Positions 13,729 to 27,150 of a stretch of 64,000 bases of DNA are shown one piece after another. Within the stretch, counting starts at the first letter, position 1, and each line of letters opens with the position of its first letter. Origin of the DNA: Dendrobates tinctorius. Taxonomy: Eukaryota. The position numbers were made by a program, and so were the translations under genes. The stretch lies in NCBI RefSeq assembly GCF_039654945.1, contig NW_027361738.1, positions 82,398,001-82,462,000 of the forward strand. Direction: 5' to 3'. The notes below the pieces were generated by a model, which ran no database searches, was not told where the DNA came from, and saw only the letters and a program-made list of their open reading frames with translations.

Positions 13729-14537
13729 CTAAAGTATTTTCTGTCCTAGAAGAATCTTCTTTGCAGGGCAAAAATAGTAATGCTGAGAAAGAGTGGATTT
13801 ATGCATGAATTTATTCCCACAGTAGGAGCATGAAACCGTTTTTTCACCGGTATGAATTTTTTGATGTTCTATAACATAATCTTTCTTGGTAAAACTAGCG
13901 CCACAATCTGAACACGAATACGGCTTCTCTCCGGTGTGTGACCTATGGTGGCAAATTAGAGCAGTTCTCGTTGCAAAATGCCTCCCACAATCCGAACAAC
14001 CGTACGGCTTCTCCCCCGTGTGGATTCTCTGGTGACTCCGGAGACCTACTTTATGCCTGAAGCATTTTCCACACTCGGAACAAGGAAACGGCTTCTCACC
14101 GGTGTGAATCCTTTGATGATCGAGGAGGCTCCTTTTATGGATGAAGCTTTTCCCGCACTCGGAGCATGCCAGCGGTCTCTCCCCTGTGTGGGTTTTCATA
14201 TGCGTGGCAAGGCTTTTCTTCAGTTTAAAGCTTTTATCACACTGAAGACATGGAAACGTCTTAACAGCAAAAACTGTATTCTCAAAATTAATATTTGGAC
14301 TTTGGACGACACATACATCGGATCTAGATGGCAGTTCAGCACTTCCAGGAATACGGTCAACAATACCCGGTGGAGATCTCCAGTGCGAAAGTGAATCCGA
14401 AGACAAAGTCGCGGGATGGAATAATGGGATATTGGGGATTTGTCCTACAAATTCTGGAGTGATTACTACCGGTATATTTTCATTTAAAGCGTCAGTAGAG
14501 ACATTTCCATCATTCTCCACAGATTTCTCGGGTTGCA
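13729..14537 (-). CDS. Gene A exon 5 (terminal): spacer plus 5 C2H2 fingers and a terminal C2HC finger
   Basis: ORF 13729-14538. A strong polypyrimidine acceptor (ttttccttttttaattctttag) in phase 1 precedes it, and it has no KRAB-like exons of its own. Confidence 0.9.
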
Positions 14538-15328
14538 CTAAAGAATTAAAAAAGGAAAAAAAATTATAGTGAGCCTAATTTTTACATAATAATGGCTACT
14601 TTCTTGTTCTAATGCCAAACAACCACAGTACAAAACTGAAAAAAGCAACAAAAAACAAACAAAACAAAATAGAACTGTATAATCAGAAGGTTACTGCATT
14701 GTATTAAAGGAAACTGGCCTTAGGCTACAAGTCACTATGTGACTAAAGACTTGTGAATACTTACGCCGCTATGAGGATTTTTCATGCTGCTCCGAGAGCG
14801 CGTGGTCATGTGACCGCATACTTCTGGCCACATTCCGACTAGACATGTACGGCTTTGCTCAATACACTTGCATTGAGAGAGTCCGCGCAAGTCTAGTCTG
14901 CATGTAACCTCATGTATGCAATATGATTGGAACTTGTTAAATGCCGCTGACAGTGGCTTTTAACTCGCGCTTCCGGTAAGCGCGCCGGAAATCCCACCCA
15001 CTGGTGACCCTGTCATGTGATCGCGGTTCACCAATGGGTTAGCATGACAGCCAGAGGTCTCCAGTAGACAGCTTTGGTTGTCATAGCTGGATTGCTTATG
15101 CTATTATAGCCGGACTGCTAATACCCGATAGGTAAATGACGTAATGAGAAAATTCAAAACGCCAGAATTACTTTTTTTTGGTCGCCGCTACATTGCAATA
15201 AAATGTAATAACAGGCGATCAAAATACCGTACACATACCAAAATGGTATCAGTAAAAAAAAGTCAGCAAAAAATAAGCCCTCACCAAGCCCTAAGTCACA
15301 AAAAATGGAGGAAAATGGTTCCTGTTTA

Positions 15329-15359
<31 letters not shown>

Positions 15360-17576
15360 AAAGTTTGGATTTTTTTTTCACCATTTAAATTAAAAAGAAT
15401 CTAGACATGTTCGGTGTCTATGAACTCGTAATGACCTGGAGAATCATAATTACAGGTCAGGTTTAGCATTTAGCGAACATGGTGAAGAAAAAAAAAAATC
15501 TGTGGAATTGCACTTTTTGTTTTTTGCAATTTCACAGCACTTGGAATTTTTTTCCAGTACAAGATATGTTAAAACCAATGGTGTCATTCAAAAGTACCAC
15601 TTGTCTCGCCAAAACAAGCCCTCACATTGGCCATTTTGACTGAAAAATAAAAAAGTTATGGCTCTGGGAAGAAGGGAAGCAAAAAACAAAAACACGAAAA
15701 CTAAAATACATCCGGTCATGAAGGAGTTAAGGCCCCAAATCTATGAATAAGTTGAGAATGTGATTCCCAGAATCTCAGTCTCATCAGGTGAGACAACCAG
15801 AATTAATGGAGTTATGAAATAGCTTATCACGCCCCCAATATACAGTGTATATTATATAGTTGTGACTTACGGGCGTAATTCTGTGCTGGGCAGACGCACT
15901 CATGCTGAATAAGAGTGGATTTATGGGTGAAACTCTTCTCACAGTAAGAACATGAAAATGGTTTTTCGCCAGTGTGAATCTTCTGATGTTCAGTGAGATA
16001 TTCCTTTCGGGTAAAATTTGCGTCACAATCGGAACATGAGAATGGCTTTTCTCCAGTATGCGCTCGTCGGTGACGTTTCAGAGCTGTTTTGCCCGCAAAG
16101 AATTTCCCACATTCTGAACAACCATACGGCTTCTCCCCCGTGTGGGTTCTCTGGTGGCTGAGAAGACCCACTTTATGTCTGAAACATTTTCCACACTCAG
16201 GACAAGGGAACGGCTTCTCTCCGGTGTGAATTCTTTTGTGGTCAAGAAGACTCCGCATATGGATAAAGCTTTTCCCGCATTCAGAACAGGATAATGAACG
16301 TTCACCTGTGTGAGTTTTAATATGTATTGAAAGACTATTTTTGTGCTTAAATGATTTCCCGCATTCGGGGCATGGAAATGTCTTATTCAATGTGAAAATG
16401 GGTTCCTGGAGTACAAATGTTGGGTTCGGGGTGACATATTCATTGGGCTCGCAATGCGTAAGTGTGTTATTGTCGGAGGTGTCAAGTGATGGTTCCAAGT
16501 GTTCAGGAGAATCCAAAGACAAATCTGTAGCAAAATTTGCGGTAGAAGGAAGTGGGAAATTGAGGTTGCCTTCCGGAAATTCTTGTAGCATTTCTTCTTC
16601 TTCCAATTTATAATCGGGAGACACAATCGAATATTCTTCCACGATTTTCCTACAGCAGTGCTGACCTGGAAAGAAAGAGGTAGATTGTGTTTTTACGTGA
16701 AACTCTATTTTTAGAGAACTCTTTCGAGTATGGACGAATCTGAAGAATCTTCAAGCATTGGAGGAATAGATGGCATAATTCTAAGACCTGAGCAAGCAAT
16801 AGAGTTAAGAAATTATTTTTTTTTATTGATTAAAAGCAGCACAACTTTACCCAATGAGGAGACTTTATACAACATCAACCTAAAAACTGTAGAGTTCACA
16901 TCGGTAGACTGTGAACGGTCTACTTTAGAGAACCTCTAAGCATGGGAGGAATTAATGTAAGATTCAGAAACAAAAGAAAAAAATATGGAGAACAGGTTTA
17001 AAAAACTGTAGCAATATGAAGCTTGGAGTAATTGGCACACAACATTACCCAAAGTGGAGAGTTCGTCATCGTCCATCACCAAGTCCTTGTACAGGCTCTT
17101 GTGTCCTTCTACATAGTCCCACTCCTCCATGGAGAAATAAACCGTTATATCGTCATATCGCAGAGGAACCTGCAGAATCAGAACCACAAAATAATAAATC
17201 AGTAGAATCAAAGTAATGTTGGCAATAAATTTCTTCCAGCTTTTAGAAATGGTCAAAATGCTTTTTTTTACCTCTCCAGAAATCAGCTGACTGATCCGGT
17301 TGGTGACTTCTAGAATCTTTTTATCGTAATTTTCCCTTTGCATCACGGAAGTCGGCTGAGCGGTCATGACAGGTTCTTCTGATGTCTTTTTGACTACGAC
17401 ACAGTCCTGTATATCAGATATAAAATTATGTACAAGTTATAAAATACTGAGGTAAGAAACAGTAGTGGCTTCATTGTCACATTCTCCGAATCCCTCACCT
17501 CTCCGGTCAACAGATAGATGATCTCCAGGGTTAGTTTTAGGATCTCCTGAGACAGGTCACCGCTGTCGTTGTCCAT
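13729..17576 (-). CDS. Gene A: KRAB-like C2H2 zinc-finger protein (oocyte/gastrula zinc finger XlCOF/XlCGF-like); exons 17576-17499, 17406-17272, 17169-17049, 16665-15871, 14537-13729; ~645 aa with 12 fingers
   Basis: All junctions are canonical GT-AG and in frame (1938 nt including stop). Exon 3 [32 protein letters not shown] is KRAB-A-like. Exons 4 and 5 each carry six fingers with HTGEKP linkers. Confidence 0.88.
14935..15730. mobile_element. Fragment of a non-autonomous TTAA-type (piggyBac-like) DNA element in gene A intron 4
   Basis: Ends in AAGGAGTTAA. 15140-15510 is clearly homologous to 63530-63910 (e.g. AATGACCTGGAGAATCATAAT, TTTAGCATTTAG). Family assignment is inferred from the terminus only. 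Confidence 0.55.
15871..16665 (-). CDS. Gene A exon 4: spacer plus 5 C2H2 fingers and a terminal C2HC finger (phase 1-1 exon)
   Basis: ORF 15827-16642. Acceptor ttctttccag precedes 16665; donor C|GTAAGT follows 15871. Confidence 0.9.
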
Positions 17577-18233
17577 CCTGAATATTTTGGTAAATGAACG
17601 CTGTTCTTCGTGGGTTGAATTCTGTGGGATAGAAATTGTTTATTTGTGATGAAGGCTGTAAATTCTCACATAAATTAACGTATTTTCCTCTTTTTAAAGG
17701 TTTTTTTTAAGGATTTAAAAATCAGCTGCAAAGGGGCATACGGACAGTTGTAAATAGAGGCAACGTCTGGTGTCAGAGGAATCATGGAAAACATAAGATG
17801 GGACTTAAAATGGAGCTGCAGCCTATAGTATACAAAAAGGTGAATTCAACGTAGGTGCCCAATATAAGTGGGTAAGAGATGCCACCTAGTTTATATAGTC
17901 AGCAGACAAGGCTCTTCCCCTGGCCAGACCATCATTGTATGTGTATATATATATATATATACACACCATAGGTCTGTGTACAGACTAAAACTCCTGTTTT
18001 TTCTAAACCTGGAGGGGGATGTCTAAGATCAATAAATACAAAATAAACTGTTTATAGACCCCAGACCAGTTCTCAAACTAAACTTTTACAAACTTGAACT
18101 CACTCCAGAAGATAATCAAAAGTCACCTCTTCATTTTTGTACTTTCCTCAGGTCCCGGGGGCCATTGCATTGAGGGTCCTGTGCTGCTCAAAGTCTGCGC
18201 ATTGCCCAGGAGAGGATGGAGACGCAAGAATGT

Positions 18234-19227
18234 GAATCATAGAATCGTAGAGTTGGAAGGGACCTCCTGGGCCATCTGGTCCAACCCCCTGCTCAAAGCA
18301 GGATTCGCTAAATCATCCCAGTCAGATGTCTGTCCAGCCTCTGTTTGAAGACTTCCATTGAAGGAGAACTCACCACTTCTCATGGCAGCCTGTTCCACTC
18401 ATTGATCACTCTAACTGTCAAAAAGTTTTTTCTAATATCTAATCTGTGTCTCCTCCCATTCAGTTTCATCCCATTACTTCTAGTCTTTCCTTGTGCAAAT
18501 GAGAATAAAGTTGATCCTTCTACAATGTGACAGCCCTTTAGATATTTGTAGATAGCTATTAAGTCTCCTCTCAGTCTTCTCTTTTGCAAACTAAACATTC
18601 CCAAATCCTGCAACCTTTCCTCATAAGACAGGGTTTGCAGACCAGTCACCATTCTGGTCGCTCTTTTCTGAACTTGCTCCAGTTTGTTGATGTTTTTTTT
18701 AAAATGTGGCGACCAAAACTGGACACAATATTCCAGATGAGGTCTGACCAAAGAGGAGTAAAGGGAAATATTGACTTCGCGTGATCTAGACTGTATGCTT
18801 CTGTTAATACATCCTAGAATTGCATTTGCCTTTTTTGCTGCTGCATCACACTGTTGACTCATATTCAGTCTGTGATCTATTAGTACACCCAAGTCTTTTT
18901 CACATGTGCTGTTGCTTAGCCCTATTCCTCCCATTCTGTATATGCTTTTTTCATTTTTATTGCCCAGATGTAGTACTTTGCATTTCTCCCTGTTAAAAAC
19001 CATTCTGTTTGTTGCTGCCCACTTCTCCAGTTTATTTATATCTTTTTGAATCCTCTCTCTCTCTTCTCTAGTATTAGCTATCCCTCCTAGCTTTGTGTCA
19101 TCAGCAAATTTAATCAGTTTTCCCTCAATTCCTTCATCTAAATCGTTGATAAAGATGTTGAACAATACAGGGCCCAGGACAGAGACCTGTGGTACCCCAC
19201 TTGAGACATTCTTCCAACTGGATGTGC
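18234..19227 (-). mobile_element. CR1-clade LINE, 5'-truncated; RT C-terminus and 3' tail
   Basis: ORF 18380-19414 contains SSGVPQ.SVLGPVLFNIFINDL, KFADDTKL, EKDLGV, RPHLEYCVQFW. 3' end TCCCTTCCAACTCTACGATTCTATGATT. Confidence 0.93.
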
Positions 19228-19518
19228 AACGAAGAGATTTGCCATCTCTTTTAGGGGATCTCTCCTGTTTCAAGGAGTCTACCAGATGATTTGGAATAGT
19301 TGGCAAATGCATGATAGTTACCGTAGATAAAAGAGAAAGATACATTTGGGCAGGGGCTGAAGTCGCACTTGGGTCCTGGAGATTAAAAGAGCTCAAAAGG
19401 TCACTTTGGCCCAAATATAAAGGAAAATTCTATAAAAGACCTGTCACAGTTGGGGGCTCTTTGCTAAATTTTGCATTGTTGTTCATGAGCTATAAGGTAG
19501 CCCATTGGATGGGAGATA

Positions 19519-20538
19519 CAGTGGGTACAGAAAGTATTCAGACCCCTTTAAATTTTTCACTCTGTTTCATTGCAGCCATTTGGTAAATTCAAAAAAATTC
19601 TTTTTTTTTTCTCATTAATGCACACTAAGCATGTGACCTCCGATCTCCAATGAGAGATCGTCCCACGGGCATGCTCAGTGGACCGAAAGGAGGACTTAGT
19701 CCCTGGAGTAGCTCGCTGCTCACCAGCATGCGTTGCTATAGCTGGACCAGAGGTGGCAGCAGCAACCGAACCTACAGAGCTGGTCTGACCAGAGTGCCTG
19801 GATCAACAAGTCTGCTGAGCAGCCTCCTGTTCGGCCGGAGAGGAATGGGAGACCGCCGAATGCAAGGCTCGGGATTCCTGCTGTGCAGAGACCAGAACCC
19901 GACGCCTAACACAGAGACAGGAAGACTGGTTGCAATTGAAGGAAACGTGTGCAGCCAAGTACAGAGATATCCTGGTTGAAAACCTCTTCCAGAATGCTCT
20001 GGACCTCAGACTTGGCTGATGGTTCACCTTCCAACAAGACAATGACCCTAACCACACAGCTAAAATAACAAAGGAGTGGCTTCAGAACAACTCTGTGACC
20101 TTTCTTGACTGGCTCAGCCAGACCCCTGACCTAAACCCAATTGAGCATCTCTGGAGAGACCTGAAAATGTCTGTTCACCATCCAACCTGACGGAACTGGA
20201 GAGGATCTGCAAGGAAGAATGGCAGAGGATCCCCAAATCTAGGGGTGAAAAACTTGTTGCTTCATTCCCAAGAAGACTCATGAGTGACTCTACTAGCTCA
20301 AAAGGTGCTTCTACTCAATACTGAGCAAAGGGTCTGAATACTTATGACCATGTGATATTTCAGTTTTTCTTTTTAAATAAATTTGCAAACATTTCTACAT
20401 TTGTTTTTTTTGCAGTCAAGATGGGGTGCAGAGTGTACACTAATGAGAAAAAATGAACTTTTTTGAATTTACCAAATAGCTGCAATGAAACAAAGAGTGA
20501 AAAACTTAAAGGGGTCTGAATACTTTCCATACCCACTG
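19519..20538 (+). mobile_element. Tc1-family DNA transposon, internally rearranged (only the 3' half of the transposase remains)
   Basis: TA-CAGTGGGTACAGAAAGTATTCAGACCCCTT...AAGGGGTCTGAATACTTTCCATACCCACTG-TA. FQQDNDP and [10 protein letters not shown] coding remnants at ~19915-20325. Confidence 0.88.
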
Positions 20539-21209
20539 TAGAACATGTGGGATATAAAGGTGGTGGTAGGAGTGCACAGGGGTAACGTGTCAGCACTAAC
20601 AATATGGATTATATGGGAGGAAAGGAGGGAAAGTCAGAGTAGCTTGTGACACATACTGATATTAAGGTAGATTCTTATCTGTGGAAGAGGCACAGGTGGC
20701 ACCCAATGGAGCAATGGGGTGGTCAACTCTCAGCCTTGCATTCTGCTGCCCTGACCTTCACATTACTTCATACCAAGCTCAGCTATTCACCTCTTCCCAT
20801 TCCTGCCCTTCCATCCGCTTCTCACCACAATAGCTCGGTGTTAGGATTTTTAGCTCTGGTTATGCGGCAGAGAACGGGCAGGAATTGGAAGAGACGAGTA
20901 TGTGAGGTGCCCGGGATCTTTACCTGCTCTTCCAGCAATCCTTGACATCCAGTTTTATTTCAGGAGAGTTGACAAGTATAACCTACACTATATGGACAAA
21001 AACTTTAAAATTCACCTTTTCATTAAAGTCAGGTTTGGTGAAACCCTTTTCTGTTCCCCATGATTGTACCCGGTGCAAAAGGTCAGTACAGACAAGGAGT
21101 CTGGACCTCAACCCATTATTACTTTTGTCAGATTCAATTTATTTCTGTGACCGTTGTTGGTTTTTCTGTCATTAAACGAGGGGTACCAACAGTTTTGACC
21201 ACGTGTGTA

Positions 21210-24200
21210 TGTGAGAGGGACTGTGGAGGTCATCATTCAATGTCGTAGGGGTCACTGTGGTGGCATCATACTCTATGGGGGCATCATGCTATATAGGGGG
21301 ACTGTGGGGGCATCTTACTGTGTGGTGGGGATCACTGTTAAGGCATAATACTATATGGGGTCATCATACTATATGGTGGGGGTCACTGTGCACATCATAC
21401 TGTGTGGGGGTCACCATGGAGGCATCATACTCTGTGGGGGTGATTGTGGGGGAATCATACTGTGTGGGGGTGACTGAGGGGGCATCACACTACTTAGGGA
21501 TCACTGTGGGGGTAACATACTGTGAGGGTCACTGTGGGGTCATCACACTGTGTGGGGGTCCAGTCATACTCTATTCGGGTCTGTAGCTATGATACTATAT
21601 TTGGGTCACTGTGGGGGCATCATTCGGGGGGGGGTCACTGTGGGGGACTCATACTGTTTGAAGATCACTGGGGCATCATATTGAGTGGGGGTCACTGTGG
21701 GTGTATCATACTGTGTTGAGGTCACTGTGGAGAGTATCATACTGTGTGGCGGTCAATGTGGGGGTATCATACTGTGTGGCGGTCAATGTGGGGGTATCAT
21801 ACTGTGTGGGGGTCACCGTGGGTGCACCATACTCTGTGGAGGTCACTGTGGGGGTATCATAATGTGTGGGGAATCATACTGTGAGGTCACTGCATGGGTA
21901 TCATACTGTGTGGGGGTCACTGTGGGGGGGTATCATTCTGTGTGGAGGTCACTGTATGGGTATCATACTGTGTGGGGGTCACTGTATGGGTATCATACTG
22001 TGTGGGGGTCACTGTATGGGTATCATACTGTGTGGGGGTCACTGTGGGGGTATCATACTGTGTGGGGGTCACTGTGGGGGAGTATCATTCTGTGTGGAGG
22101 TCACTGTGGGGGAGTATCATTCTGTGTGTGGGTCACTGCATGGGTATCATACTGTGTGGGGGTCACTGTGGGCGGGTATCATTCTGTGTGGGGGTCACTG
22201 CATGGGTATCATACTGTGTGGGGGTCACATACTGTGTGGGGGTCACTGTGGGGGAGTATCATTCTGTGTGGAGGTCACTGTATGGGTATCATACTGTGTG
22301 GGGGTCACTGTATGGGTATCATACTGTGTGGGGGTCACTGTATGGGTATCATACTGTGTGGGGGTCACTGTGGGGGTATCATACTGTGTGGGGGTCACTG
22401 TGGGGGAGTATCATTCTGTGTGGAGTTCACTGTGGGGGAGTATCATTCTGTGTGTGGGTCACTGCATGGGTATCATACTGTGTGGGGGTCACTGTGGGCG
22501 GGTATCATTCTGTGTGCGGGTCACTGCATGGGTATCATACTGTGTGGGGGTCACTGTGGGGGGGTATCATTCTGTGTGGAGGTCACTGGGTATCATTCTG
22601 TGTGGGGGTCACTGTATGTGTATCATACTGTGTGGGGGTCACTGTGGGGGGGTATCATTCTGTGTGCGGGTCACTGCATGGGTATCACACTGTGTGGGGG
22701 TCACTGTGGGGGGGTATCATTCTGTGTGGAGGTCACTGGGTATCATTCTGTGTGGGGGTCACTGTATGTGTATCATACTGTGTGGGGGTCACTGTGGGGG
22801 GGTATCATTCTGTGTGCGGGTCACTGCATGGGTATCACACTGTGTGGGGGTCACTGTGGGGGGGTATCATTCTGTGTGGGGGTCACTGCATGGGTATCAT
22901 ACTGTGTGGGGGTCACTGTGGGGGTATCATACTGTGTGGGGGTCACTGTGGGGGAGTATCATTCTGTGTGGAGTTCACTGTGGGGGAGTATCATTCTGTG
23001 TGTGGGTCACTGTATGTGTATCATACTGTGTGGGGGTCACTGTGGGGGGGTATCATTCTGTGTGCGGGTCACTGCATGGGTATCACACTGTGTGGGGGTC
23101 ACTGTGGGGGGGTATCATTCTGTGTGCGGGTCACTGCATGGGTATCACACTGTGTGGGGGTGACTGAGGGGGCATCACACTACTTAGGGATCACTGTGGG
23201 GGTAACATACTGTGAGGGTCACTGTGGGGTCATCACACTGTGTGGGGGTCCAGTCATACTCTATTCGGGTCTGTAGCTATGATACTATATTTGGGTCACT
23301 GTGGGGGCATCATTCGGGGGGGGGTCACTGTGGGGGACTCATACTGTTTGAAGATCACTGGGGCATCATATTGAGTGGGGGTCACTGTGGGTGTATCATA
23401 CTGTGTTGAGGTCACTGTGGAGAGTATCATACTGTGTGGCGGTCAATGTGGGGGTATCATACTGTGTGGCGGTCAATGTGGGGGTATCATACTGTGTGGG
23501 GGTCACCGTGGGTGCACCATACTCTGTGGAGGTCACTGTGGGGGTATCATAATGTGTGGGGAATCATACTGTGAGGTCACTGCATGGGTATCATACTGTG
23601 TGGGGGTCACTGTGGGGGGGTATCATTCTGTGTGGAGGTCACTGTATGGGTATCATACTGTGTGGGGGTCACTGTATGGGTATCATACTGTGTGGGGGTC
23701 ACTGTATGGGTATCATACTGTGTGGGGGTCACTGTGGGGGTATCATACTGTGTGGGGGTCACTGTGGGGGAGTATCATTCTGTGTGGAGGTCACTGTGGG
23801 GGAGTATCATTCTGTGTGTGGGTCACTGCATGGGTATCATACTGTGTGGGGGTCACTGTGGGCGGGTATCATTCTGTGTGGGGGTCACTGCATGGGTATC
23901 ATACTGTGTGGGGGTCACATACTGTGTGGGGGTCACTGTGGGGGAGTATCATTCTGTGTGGAGGTCACTGTATGGGTATCATACTGTGTGGGGGTCACTG
24001 TATGGGTATCATACTGTGTGGGGGTCACTGTATGGGTATCATACTGTGTGGGGGTCACTGTGGGGGTATCATACTGTGTGGGGGTCACTGTGGGGGAGTA
24101 TCATTCTGTGTGGAGTTCACTGTGGGGGAGTATCATTCTGTGTGTGGGTCACTGCATGGGTATCATACTGTGTGGGGGTCACTGTGGGCGGGTATCATTC

Positions 24201-27150
24201 TGTGTGCGGGTCACTGCATGGGTATCATACTGTGTGGGGGTCACTGTGGGGGGGTATCATTCTGTGTGGAGGTCACTGGGTATCATTCTGTGTGGGGGTC
24301 ACTGTATGTGTATCATACTGTGTGGGGGTCACTGTGGGGGGGTATCATTCTGTGTGCGGGTCACTGCATGGGTATCACACTGTGTGGGGGTCACTGTGGG
24401 GGGGTATCATTCTGTGTGGAGGTCACTGGGTATCATTCTGTGTGGGGGTCACTGTATGTGTATCATACTGTGTGGGGGTCACTGTGGGGGGGTATCATTC
24501 TGTGTGCGGGTCACTGCATGGGTATCACACTGTGTGGGGGTCACTGTGGGGGGGTATCATTCTGTGTGGGGGTCACTGCATGGGTATCATACTGTGTGGG
24601 GGTCACTGTGGGGGTATCATACTGTGTGGGGGTCACTGTGGGGGAGTATCATTCTGTGTGGAGTTCACTGTGGGGGAGTATCATTCTGTGTGTGGGTCAC
24701 TGTATGTGTATCATACTGTGTGGGGGTCACTGTGGGGGGGTATCATTCTGTGTGCGGGTCACTGCATGGGTATCACACTGTGTGGGGGTCACTGTGGGGG
24801 GGTATCATTCTGTGTGGGGGTCACTGCATGGGTATCATACTGTGTGGGGGTCACTGTGGGGGTATCATACTGTGTGGAGGTCACTGTGGGGGAGTATCAT
24901 TCTGTGTGGAGTTCACTGTGGGGGAGTATCATTCTGTGTGTGGGTCACTGCATGGGTATCATACTGTGTGGGGGTCACTGTGGGCGGGTATCATTCTGTG
25001 TGCGGGTCACTGCATGGGTATCATACTGTGTGTAGGGGTCACATACTGTGTGGGGGTCACTGTGGGGGAGTATCATTCTGTGTGGAGGTCACTGGGTATC
25101 ATTCTGTGTGGGGGTCACTGTATGTGTATCATACTGTGTGGGGGTCACTGTGGGGGGGTATCATTCTGTGTGTGGGTCACTGCATGGGTATCACACTGTG
25201 TGGGGGTCACTGTGGGGGGGTATCATTCTGTGTGGGGGTCACTGCATGGGTATCATACTGTGTGGGGGTCACACACTGTGTGGGGGTCACTGTGGGGGAG
25301 TATCGTTCTGTGTGGAGGTCACTGTATGGGTATCATACTGTGTGGGGGTCACTGTGGGGGGGTATCATTCTGTGTGGAGGTCACTGTATGGTATCATACT
25401 GTGTGGGGGTCACTGTATGGGTATCATACTGTGTGGGGGTCACTGTGGGGGTATCATACTGTGTGGGGGTCACTGTGGGGGAGTATCATTCTGTGTGGAG
25501 GTCACTGTATGGGTATCATTCTGTGTGTGGGTCACTGCATGGGTATCATACTGTGTGGGGGTCACTGTGGGCGGGTATCATTCTGTGTGTGGGTCACTGC
25601 ATGGGTATCATACTGTGTGGGGGTCACTGTGGGGGGGTATCATTCTGTGTGGGGGTCACTGCATGGGTATCATACTGTGTGGGGGTCACTGTGGGGGTAT
25701 CATACTGTGTGGGGGTCACAGTGGGGGAGTATCATTCTGTGTGGAGGTCACTGTGGGCGGGTATCATTCTGTGTGAGGGTCACTGCATGGGTATCATACT
25801 GTGTGGGGGTCACTGTGGGGGTATCATACTGTGTGGGGGTCACAGTGGGGGAGTATCATTCTGTGTGGAGGTCACTGTATGGGTATCATTCTGTGTGTGG
25901 GTCACTGCATGGGTATCATACTGTGTGGGGGTCACTGTGGGCAGGTATCATTCTGTGTGTGGGTCACTGCATGGGTATCATACTGTGTGGGGGTCACTGT
26001 GGGGGGGTATCATTCTGTGTGGGGGTCACTGCATGGGTATCATACTGTGTGGGGGTCACACACTGTGTGGGGGTCACTGTGAGGGAGTATCATTCTGTGT
26101 GGAGGTCACTGTATGGGTATCATTCTGTGTGGGGGTCACTGTATGGGTATCATACGTGTGGGGGTCACTGTATGGGTATCATACTGTGTGGGGGTCACTG
26201 TGGGGGTATCATACTGTGTGGGGGTCACAGTGGGGGAGTATCATTCTGTGTGGAGGTCACTGTATGGGTATCATTCTGTGTGGAGGTCACTGCATGGGTA
26301 TCATACTGTGTGGGGGTCACTGTGGGCAGGTATCATTCTGTGTGTGGGTCACTGCATGGGTATCATACTGTGTGGGGGTCACTGTGGGGGGGTATCATTC
26401 TGTGTGGGGGTCACTGCATGGGTATCATACTGTGTGGGGGTCACACACTGTGTGGGGGTCACTGTGAGGGAGTATCATTCTGTGTGGAGGTCACTGTATG
26501 GGTATCATTCTGTGTGGGGGTCACTGTATGGGTATCATACGTGTGGGGGTCACTGTATGGGTATCATACTGTGTGGGGGTCACTGTGGGGGTATCATACT
26601 GTGTGGGGGTCACAGTGGGGGAGTATCATTCTGTGTGGAGGTCACTGTATGGGTATCATTCTGTGTGCGGGTCACTGCATGGGTATCATACTGTGTGGGG
26701 GTCACTGTATGGGTATCATTCTGTGTGGGGGTCACTGCATGGGTATCATTCTGTGTGGGGGTCACTGCATGGGTATCATACTGTGTGGGGGTCACTGTAT
26801 GGGTATCATACTGTGTGGGGGTCACTGTATGGGTATCATTCTGTGTGGGTCACTGCATGGGTATCATTCTGTGTGGGGGTCACTGTATGGGTATCATTCT
26901 GTGTGGGTCACTGTATGGGTATCATTCTGTGTGGGGGTCACTGCATGGGTATCATTCTGTGTGGGGGTCACTGTATGGGTATCATACTGTGTGGGGGTCA
27001 CTGTATGGGTATCATTCTGTGTGGGTCACTGCATGGGTATCATTCTGTGTGGGGGTCACTGTATGGGTATCATTCTGTGTGGGTCACTGTATGGGTATCA
27101 TTCTGTGTGGGGGTCACTGCATGGGTATCATACTGTGGGGACAGCATACT
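21210..27150. repeat. G-rich minisatellite array, ~30-bp unit GGGTCACTGTATGGGTATCATACTGTGTGG, ~5.9 kb, with higher-order duplications
   Basis: Tandem units are directly visible. ORF-track pairs offset by 1690 (21522/23212, 21685/23375) and 385 (26113/26498) mark block duplications. Confidence 0.97.

Noticed and set aside
13978-14394. Antisense ORF over the zinc-finger exon
   Set aside because: A common by-product of C2H2 codon patterns.
16680-16940. Conserved intronic segment as an extra coding exon
   Set aside because: The acceptors tested give immediate in-frame stops, exon 3 joins exon 4 in frame without it, and its conservation is explained by the duplication.
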